From Deltaproteobacteria bacterium (GTDB lineage: Bacteria > Desulfobacterota > Dissulfuribacteria > Dissulfuribacterales > UBA3076), in NCBI GenBank assembly GCA_019310825.1, contig JAFDDO010000003.1, forward strand, positions 1-33,546: a stretch of 33,546 nt of DNA, in the 5' to 3' direction. The position numbers and the translations under genes were made by a program. The first letter of the stretch is position 1. Each line of letters begins with the position of its first letter. Shown here piece by piece: positions 26,878 to 33,546 of this stretch. The notes beneath the pieces are model-generated. The model was not told where the DNA came from and searched no databases. It saw nothing but the letters and a program-made list of their open reading frames with translations.

Positions 26878-28791
26878 ATGTCGATTACCCTTCTTGATGC
26901 AGGCCTTTTTTTTCTTTACTCCTTTGGACTGAGTGCGTTCCTAATTCCATGCGTGATATGGTTCTCAAAACGCATTGGTTTTGTAGCTCAGCCCAGGGAG
27001 GATCGCTGGCATAGGCGTCCAACGGCCCTTCTGGGAGGCATTGCGTTATTTTTGTCGTTTATGCTTCCCAATTTGTTTCTCAGGGAAATCTCACCTCCCA
27101 TGCTTGTCTTGACTCTGGGAGCAAGTGCCATGTTTTTATTGGGGTTGGTTGATGATGTCCACGACTTGTCGCCTCAAAGCAAATTTATAGGACAATTAAT
27201 CATCTCTGCTCTGATTGTGGCTGGAGGAGTGAGGATACAAGGACTGGGGCATCCCGCCGCATCTATAATTTTAACACTTTTTTGGTTCGTAGCTATCACC
27301 AATGCGGTCAATATTCTGGACAACATGGATGGTTTGGCAGCTGGCATTTCGTTTATAGCTGCCTGTTCACTTTGGGTTTATAGCCAATTTGGAGGTCCTA
27401 TTCTATTAGGTCTGCCAGCTATGCTCCTTGCAGGAGCTACGGCTGGATTTTGGATATATAACTTTAATCCCGCCAAAATATTTATGGGAGATTGCGGAAG
27501 TCTCTTCTTGGGCTTTCTCCTGGCCGGTTTGACCGTAACAGGTACTTGGACATCAGGGCTACCTGATCCAGCATCTGGAGGTTACACTGGAGTTACTAGT
27601 TTGGTACTAGTGCTGGTCGTCCCTGTGGCTGTCCTGATTATACCACTCTTTGACACCGCCCTTGTATCCTTTACCAGGGTCCAGACCGGACGACCTATTT
27701 CTAAAGGAGGGCGTGATCATACCTCTCATCGCATGGTTTTGCTGGGATATTCAGAAAAAAGGACTGTGTTAACACTCATGGCATGGGCGGGAAGCATATC
27801 AGCCTTGGCATTATATCTGTCATACCAGAGTGCCCAGGGACTTTTGGTTATGCTGAGTGTGGTGGCGGTAATTTCCTTGTTTTTCGGAACATTTCTTACA
27901 CACTTGAATGGCACTGTTTATAATAGCAAGGCAGAGGATTCAGATACCACATTTCGACGCTCCTCACTTTTATCCCAAGTGCTTAACAAAAAGCAAATTC
28001 TCCAGGCAGGGGTGGATACTGTGCTTATAACCATCGCCTATCTAACTTCTTATCTTCTTCGATACGACGGTGTTATTAATTTGTGGAATCAACAACTTAT
28101 AGAGAAATCTCTTCCTTTGCTCATCCCTATCAAGCTATGCTGTTTTTGGATCTTTGGGCTGTATAGAGGTCAATGGCGGTATGTGAGTATTGGAGATATG
28201 TGGCAGATTTTTAAGGCAGTTGTGGTCAGTTCTCTAATTATTGTTGGATTGCTTTTATATATTTACCGTTTCGAGGGTTATTCTAGAGTTCTTTTCCTGA
28301 ACGATGCCCTATTGACCTTGATAATGATAGGTGGCGTCCGTTTACTTATGCGACTATTTAAGGAATATTTCAGTCTGCAAGCCGAGCGTAGTAATTCAAT
28401 ACCCATTCTAATAGTTGGGGCGGGGGATGGCGGGGATCTGTTTCTAAGGGAACTTAGGCACAATTCAAATCATGATTATCTGCCAGTGGGTTTTATTGAT
28501 GACGATCCCGCGAAAAAGAACCAGATAATCCATGGTATCAAAGTCTTGGGAACCAGAGAAGAAATACCTGGCATTGTTAAAAAATATGGAATTCAAAGAG
28601 CCTTTGTGTCTATAGTGTCGGCATCAGAAAGCCAAATTGAAGGAATTTTTGATATCTGTAAAAAGGGTGATGTAAAGTGTGATAGAGTGCGACCGCTTTT
28701 GCCAATAGTGAAATCCAGAGAAAAAAAACCAGCCTGTTCAAAAAAAGACAAGGTCGTACCTTTTAGGCCCAGGATGAGGAAAAGAAAATGA
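26878..28791 (+). CDS. WecA/MraY-family polyprenyl-phosphate sugar-phosphate transferase fused to a PglF/CapD-like membrane plus Rossmann-like domain
   Basis: GLVDD, TNAVNILDNMDGLA, YNFNPAKIFMGDCGS, DHTSHR. C-terminal part AYL.SYLLRYD, GLYRGQWRY, IVGAGDGG, VGFIDDDP.K. Confidence 0.85.
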   Translation: MSITLLDAGLFFLYSFGLSAFLIPCVIWFSKRIGFVAQPREDRWHRRPTALLGGIALFLSFMLPNLFLREISPPMLVLTLGASAMFLLGLVDDVHDLSPQSKFIGQLIISALIVAGGVRIQGLGHPAASIILTLFWFVAITNAVNILDNMDGLAAGISFIAACSLWVYSQFGGPILLGLPAMLLAGATAGFWIYNFNPAKIFMGDCGSLFLGFLLAGLTVTGTWTSGLPDPASGGYTGVTSLVLVLVVPVAVLIIPLFDTALVSFTRVQTGRPISKGGRDHTSHRMVLLGYSEKRTVLTLMAWAGSISALALYLSYQSAQGLLVMLSVVAVISLFFGTFLTHLNGTVYNSKAEDSDTTFRRSSLLSQVLNKKQILQAGVDTVLITIAYLTSYLLRYDGVINLWNQQLIEKSLPLLIPIKLCCFWIFGLYRGQWRYVSIGDMWQIFKAVVVSSLIIVGLLLYIYRFEGYSRVLFLNDALLTLIMIGGVRLLMRLFKEYFSLQAERSNSIPILIVGAGDGGDLFLRELRHNSNHDYLPVGFIDDDPAKKNQIIHGIKVLGTREEIPGIVKKYGIQRAFVSIVSASESQIEGIFDICKKGDVKCDRVRPLLPIVKSREKKPACSKKDKVVPFRPRMRKRK

Positions 28792-30221
28792 ATGAAAAGC
28801 GTCTTTCTAAAACCGAGTGGAAACGCCTTGAAAAGGACCTATGCCGCAGCCGAAAACCTGTTTGGCCCCAGCTTACAGCCAAAGATCGAGAAAAGGCCCT
28901 TTTGTATTCAGACAAGTATAAGGACTTTATAAGTAAGGCAAAGACCGAACGGGAGTCTGTTAACATCATTGCAAACATGGCGCAGGAAAGGGGTTTTGTG
29001 CCGTTCGAACAGGCCGCGCCAGGGTCCGGCCGGGTCTTGTGGACCTTTAGGGGGAAGGCGGCTGCCCTGGCCGTAACAGGTAAGGAACCTGTCAGTAATG
29101 GGGTCAGGATCATTGCTTCACACATAGACTCACCCCGTTTGGACCTGAAACAGAATCCCATCTATGAAGATTTGGAGATGGCTTTTTTGAAAACTCATTA
29201 TTACGGAGGGATCAAGAAGTTTCACTGGGTAGCCCGTCCTCTCGCTATCCATGGGCTAGTACTGAAAGAAGATGGAAGCGCAATTCCTATCGAATTTGGT
29301 GAAGATCCTCATGATCCTGTGTTTACGATAAATGATCTTTTGCCACATCTTGCCCGTAAGGTGCAGGGTGAGAAAAAGATTTCAGAGGCCATACCGGCAG
29401 AGAAGCTTAATATATTGATAGGGGGTTTACCTCTTTTAGGCCCCGAAGACCTGAAGGATGGCGTAAAATTACGTATTTTAAGGATTCTGAACGAAAGATA
29501 CGGCCTAGTGGAAGAGGATCTAATAAGTGCGGAATTGGAAGTTGTCCCTGCAGGTGGTTCAAGGGATGTGGGTCTGGACAGGGCCTTTATAGGTGGCTAT
29601 GGGCAGGATGATAGATCTTGTGCATATGCCTCTCTTTATTCCATTCTTGAACTTGAGGAACCCCAAGTTACCTCAGTTGCCCTGTTTCTTGACAAGGAGG
29701 AAATAGGTAGTGACGGAAATACAGGGGCTAAATCCAGTTTTTTTGAGGTGGTGTTGTATGATCTCATGCGAAACGGGGGACTTCAAGTCGAAGCAGATAG
29801 CCTCGTACGAATGCTTATTGCGTCCAAGGCCATTTCAGCAGATGTTACGGCAGGCATAGACCCTGATTATAAAGAAGTCCATGAAGAACATAATGATGCA
29901 CTGATTGGACACGGGGTTTGCCTGACGAAATATACCGGCTCAGGAGGAAAATATTCAGCAAATGATGCTCATGCTGAATATGTTAACTGGTTGAGACGCG
30001 TCTGGAACGATGCCAAGGTCGTCTGGCAGGCCGGAGAGTTAGGAAAAGTAGACGAAGGCGGAGGAGGTACTGTAGCTAAATATCTCGCCCAGCGCGGTCT
30101 AGACATTGTCGACACAGGACCTCCTCTGCTCAATATGCACTCGCCCTTTGAGGTTGCACATAAGACTGATCTGTTTATGACCTATAGGGCATTTGCTGCT
30201 TTTTATAAGGCAGGGGATTGA
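28788..30221 (+). CDS. M18-family aminopeptidase (aminopeptidase I/ApeA-like)
   Basis: SHIDSPRLDLK, THYYGGIKK, GQDDR, DKEEIGS, MHSP.E. Confidence 0.92.
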   Translation: MNEKRLSKTEWKRLEKDLCRSRKPVWPQLTAKDREKALLYSDKYKDFISKAKTERESVNIIANMAQERGFVPFEQAAPGSGRVLWTFRGKAAALAVTGKEPVSNGVRIIASHIDSPRLDLKQNPIYEDLEMAFLKTHYYGGIKKFHWVARPLAIHGLVLKEDGSAIPIEFGEDPHDPVFTINDLLPHLARKVQGEKKISEAIPAEKLNILIGGLPLLGPEDLKDGVKLRILRILNERYGLVEEDLISAELEVVPAGGSRDVGLDRAFIGGYGQDDRSCAYASLYSILELEEPQVTSVALFLDKEEIGSDGNTGAKSSFFEVVLYDLMRNGGLQVEADSLVRMLIASKAISADVTAGIDPDYKEVHEEHNDALIGHGVCLTKYTGSGGKYSANDAHAEYVNWLRRVWNDAKVVWQAGELGKVDEGGGGTVAKYLAQRGLDIVDTGPPLLNMHSPFEVAHKTDLFMTYRAFAAFYKAGD

Positions 30222-30234
30222 TTAGTACCTTTTA

Positions 30235-30334
30235 TGTGGTGCGCACTTTCGGCGCGGTTAATATTGATAGATTGAACGAATACAAACCTTAACTTTAGGC
30301 ACTTACAACTTTAGTTCACTTAAGGCACTATTCC
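30235..30334. repeat. GTGCCTAAAG-family element, copy lacking its left arm
   Basis: tgtggtgcgcactttcggcgcggttaatat...accttaactttaggcactt...cttaaggcactattcc; the last part is the revcomp of the 26695 end ggaatagtgcc. Confidence 0.7.
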
Positions 30335-30374
30335 GCTTTATCCTGGTTAGGTGATTGAGTAATTTGGTGATTGC

Positions 30375-31343
30375 ATGAAAGTCATAGATCCTTCCTTTAG
30401 TGTATTGGACGAATTTTTTACTCATGGAAGGCTGCTTGAGCAGATCGAGCTCTGCGGACGGGTCTGTTACAAGAGTGAAGACCGGATATCTACGGAGTCA
30501 GCCAAGCCTTTTATCAAAGGAATAATAAAACGGGGTCATGAATCAGTGCTTGAGATGGCCCAGTGCGTGCTTGAGATAGAGGTGGACAGCGAATTCACCA
30601 TGCACAAGTTTTTTGAGAGAATACCAAGGTTTTGCCAGGTTGATAAGTTGGAACGCAAGCAGTATCTGCTGTCTGGGAATCCAAGGGTCTTTAGGGACCT
30701 TGCCCGGCACCACCGTGATTTAAAGGTTGTGAAGGCTGTATTGAAAAAACTTACCGAGTTCCATCCAGTTTTATTTGAGGATCTGGTTCCACGGTTTGGC
30801 TGGATACCGCAAGATGGTATTGTTGTTCGTGTGCTGCCTTCGGAGAAAATTGAAAATCTGCCTTTGGAACAACTTATTAGACACCGGACACTTCTGGTTC
30901 ATCTAATAATTAACCGGGCAGTTTCCCATGAACTGGTGCGCCATAGAGTTGCATCATATCTTCAGGAATCCCAACGTTATTGCAGATATGGTGAAACCCG
31001 CTTTGGAGGCGAGGTGGTGTATATCCGACCTTGTTTTTTCAAAGAGGGATCTAATGAATACCGGTTATGGTTAGATGCGATGTCACAAACAGAGAAAATT
31101 TATCTTAAACTCCTTGAGACAAACTCTCCCCAGGCTGCCCGTACTGCGCTGCCCAACTCCTGTAAGACCGAAATCATGGTCCACGCCACCCTTGAGGAAT
31201 GGATGCATGTTATGCGCCTTAGGGCATCAAGGGCAGCCGATCCCTCAATGCGGGAAATTATGTTGGCCCTTCTCCCAGAATTTGTAAGACGATTTCCAGC
31301 AATCTTCGGACCTATCAGAGATTCCATTGGTCTAGAAAATTAA
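30375..31343 (+). CDS. thyX: FAD-dependent thymidylate synthase (long form)
   Basis: GRVCYKSE, GHESVLE, HELVRHRVASYLQESQRY, AR..LPNS.KTE, LR....A.P.MRE. Confidence 0.92.
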   Translation: MKVIDPSFSVLDEFFTHGRLLEQIELCGRVCYKSEDRISTESAKPFIKGIIKRGHESVLEMAQCVLEIEVDSEFTMHKFFERIPRFCQVDKLERKQYLLSGNPRVFRDLARHHRDLKVVKAVLKKLTEFHPVLFEDLVPRFGWIPQDGIVVRVLPSEKIENLPLEQLIRHRTLLVHLIINRAVSHELVRHRVASYLQESQRYCRYGETRFGGEVVYIRPCFFKEGSNEYRLWLDAMSQTEKIYLKLLETNSPQAARTALPNSCKTEIMVHATLEEWMHVMRLRASRAADPSMREIMLALLPEFVRRFPAIFGPIRDSIGLEN

Positions 31344-31356
31344 AGGATCTATCTAT

Positions 31357-32985
31357 ATGCAGTTCAAAACCGATTTTCTGATTATAGGGAGCGGAATAGC
31401 CGGGCTGAGCCTAGCAATAAAACTCGCCCCACTTGGACAGGTAACAGTGATCACGAAAAAGACCGAATCCGACACAGCTACAAATTTGGCTCAGGGCGGC
31501 ATAGCCAGCGTTTTCGGCACTGATGATAGCTTTGACCTGCACCAACAGGATACGCAACGCGCAGGAGATGGTCTATGTCATGAAGACATAGTCGAGATGA
31601 TAGTCAGCCAAGGCCCTGACCATATAAGGAAGTTAGAAGACCTTGGATTGGAATTCAACAGGGAACCGCACAATCCTGACATGCTGGATCTGGGGAAGGA
31701 AGGAGAACACTCCAGCCGCCGCATAGTGCACGTTGGGGATTTTACCGGGCGATCCGTTCAGAGAGTCTTGATGGATAGTGTTGACAGATTGCCTTCTGTT
31801 GAGGTCTTTGAAGACTATGTTGCAGTTGACCTCATCATCGAAAGCATGATCAAGGCATATTCGCCCGGCAGCATAGAGAAGGAACGTTGTCTGGGGGCTT
31901 ATTTGCTGGAAGTAGCAACAGATAAGATTCACACTTTCCTGGCCCCTATAACAGTGCTCGCCACGGGCGGGTCCGGCAAGGTTTACCTGTATACCAGCAA
32001 TCCTGATGTAGCCACAGGTGATGGTATAGCTGTAGCCTACCGTGCTGGAGCCAGGATTGCCAATCTGGAATTCGTTCAGTTCCATCCCACCTGTCTTTAT
32101 CATCCTAAGGCCAAAAACTTTCTTATATCAGAAGCGCTTAGAGGAGAGGGCGCCAAGCTGCTGGACCCTGGATACAGGCCCTTCATGGAAAAATATGATC
32201 CTCAGCAAAAGGAGCTTGCCGGAAGAGATATAGTCGCCAGGGCCATCGATACTGAATTAAAGAATAGTGGAAAAGATTGTGTATATCTGGATATTAGTCA
32301 CCGGTCTGCTGATTTCATCCGGGAGCGTTTTCCAAATATCTATGAGACCTGTCTGGGCTTTGGAATCGATATTACAAAGGAGCCGATACCGGTTGTGCCG
32401 GCGGCCCACTATATGTGTGGAGGGGTGATTACTGACAGCCACGGGGAGACAGACCTTGAAGGCCTTTTCGCTTTGGGAGAAACTGCATGCACTGGTCTGC
32501 ATGGTGCCAATCGGCTTGCGTCAAACTCCCTTCTTGAAGCCCTTGTCATGGCTCACCAGGCTTCTCTAAAGATCAGTGAGATATTCCCTGGTTTGAAAAA
32601 AAAATTATTTCCCCCAGTGCCTACCTGGGAAACCAGGGGAGCTGTTGATTTAAAAGAGGCTGTTCTTATCTCTCACAATTGGGATGTAATTCGGCGTCTG
32701 ATGTGGAACTATGTCGGTATTGTCCGCAGCACGAAAAGACTTAAACTGGCCAGACAGCGCCTTTCACCGATTCTTAAAGAGATCCGGCAGCACTACTGGG
32801 AATATATCCTCACCCGTGATTTTATAGAACTGAGGAACCTTGTACAGGTTGCAGAGCTCATCATTATTTCAGCCAGTAAGCGAAAGGAGAGCAGGGGGGG
32901 GCACTTCACCATAGACTATCCTTACAAAGACGACTGGAACTGGCGTAGAGATACAATTATTCAAAGGTTTCGGAAGGAGACGTGA
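31357..32985 (+). CDS. nadB: L-aspartate oxidase
   Basis: GSGIAGL, AQGGIA, QFHPT, LISEALRGEG, PAAHYMCGG, GLHGANRLASNSLLE, ESRGGHF. Confidence 0.96.
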   Translation: MQFKTDFLIIGSGIAGLSLAIKLAPLGQVTVITKKTESDTATNLAQGGIASVFGTDDSFDLHQQDTQRAGDGLCHEDIVEMIVSQGPDHIRKLEDLGLEFNREPHNPDMLDLGKEGEHSSRRIVHVGDFTGRSVQRVLMDSVDRLPSVEVFEDYVAVDLIIESMIKAYSPGSIEKERCLGAYLLEVATDKIHTFLAPITVLATGGSGKVYLYTSNPDVATGDGIAVAYRAGARIANLEFVQFHPTCLYHPKAKNFLISEALRGEGAKLLDPGYRPFMEKYDPQQKELAGRDIVARAIDTELKNSGKDCVYLDISHRSADFIRERFPNIYETCLGFGIDITKEPIPVVPAAHYMCGGVITDSHGETDLEGLFALGETACTGLHGANRLASNSLLEALVMAHQASLKISEIFPGLKKKLFPPVPTWETRGAVDLKEAVLISHNWDVIRRLMWNYVGIVRSTKRLKLARQRLSPILKEIRQHYWEYILTRDFIELRNLVQVAELIIISASKRKESRGGHFTIDYPYKDDWNWRRDTIIQRFRKET

Positions 32986-33546
32986 AAATAGGCAAACCAC
33001 AGTCTTTAGGGCGCATGGTCTGGGGGTTTGCTATCCTTATTTCGATTCTTATCTTCTGGCTTTGCTGGACCTTTAGGCATGAGCTATGGTTTCTCTGGTG
33101 TGGCCTTTTACAGGCATTTGAACATAGAGAGTCTGTACGAGCATATGCTCTCTCTTGGGGTCATGTGGCACCTTTTGCCTTTATCTCACTGCAGGCCCTT
33201 CAGGTCGTGATATCTCCTATCCCCGGCGAGGCAACTGGTTTTATCGGTGGTTTTCTGTTTGGAAAGTGGGCAGGTTTTTTTTATTCCACCGTTGGTCTTA
33301 CCTTGGGATCTGCAATTGCCTTTTTTCTATCTCGCCAATTTAGGCGCTTGGTAAGATCATGGCTTATCCGTTCTCGTTCATACCGCAGGTTTGATCATCT
33401 GGCCGACCACCAGGGACTTTTCATCTTCTATATATTGTTTCTGTTTCCCGGATTTCCAAAGGATTTTCTGTGTTATCTTCTGGGATTGAGCCGTATGCCA
33501 TGGTTGGCTTTTATTGCTATAGTCATACTGGGTCGTATGCCTGGAA
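32982..33546 (+). CDS. TVP38/TMEM64 (DedA/VTT) family membrane protein, runs off the window end; absent from the ORF track
   Basis: GTG 32982 overlaps the nadB stop, RBS AAGGAG. Manual translation ...LQALQVVISPIPGEATGFIGGFLFG...GLTLGSAIAFFLSR...LFLFPGFPKDFLCYLLGLSRM...GRMPG. Confidence 0.88.
   Translation, partial: MKIGKPQSLGRMVWGFAILISILIFWLCWTFRHELWFLWCGLLQAFEHRESVRAYALSWGHVAPFAFISLQALQVVISPIPGEATGFIGGFLFGKWAGFFYSTVGLTLGSAIAFFLSRQFRRLVRSWLIRSRSYRRFDHLADHQGLFIFYILFLFPGFPKDFLCYLLGLSRMPWLAFIAIVILGRMPG

Noticed and set aside
32990-33020. GGCAAACC...GGGCGCA resembling a c-di-GMP-I riboswitch
   Set aside because: It lies inside a coding region and lacks the GAAA tetraloop stem and second hairpin.
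33028-33343. ORFs 33028..33210 and 33155..33343
   Set aside because: Off-frame fragments within the TVP38/DedA gene starting at 32982.

Overview
A 33.5-kb bacterial chromosomal window, mostly core genes. Gene content (NfnAB, CooC-type ATPase, sigma-54 activator, GatB, ThyX, GH57/GalT) suggests an anaerobic deltaproteobacterium (Thermodesulfobacteriota-like); this is inference. Left to right: the 5' part of an IS256-family transposase inserted into a receiver-domain gene; cooC-like and comEA-like genes; an atypical enolase-superfamily enzyme; nfnAB; a small Cys-rich ORF; surE; a small basic HTH protein; gatB-mtnA-GAF protein-orphan mreB; a candidate c-di-GMP/sigma-54 module; the minus-strand operon rpoZ-dnaJ-moaC-dksA-GH57-galT-REC; then TPR protein, NDP-sugar epimerase, WecA-like fusion, M18 aminopeptidase, thyX, nadB and a TVP38/DedA gene running off the end. 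The best candidate for an undescribed system is that module: a REC-GGDEF cyclase, a sensor-less enhancer-binding protein, a tandem-palindrome enhancer with a -24/-12 promoter, and a PilZ-PAS-pseudo-histidine-kinase. Second is a set of small non-coding inverted-repeat elements, several built from 7-9 nt units and some apparently nested, in many intergenic gaps. I saw no tRNA, rRNA or CRISPR array. All calls come from reading motifs by eye; no searches were run.
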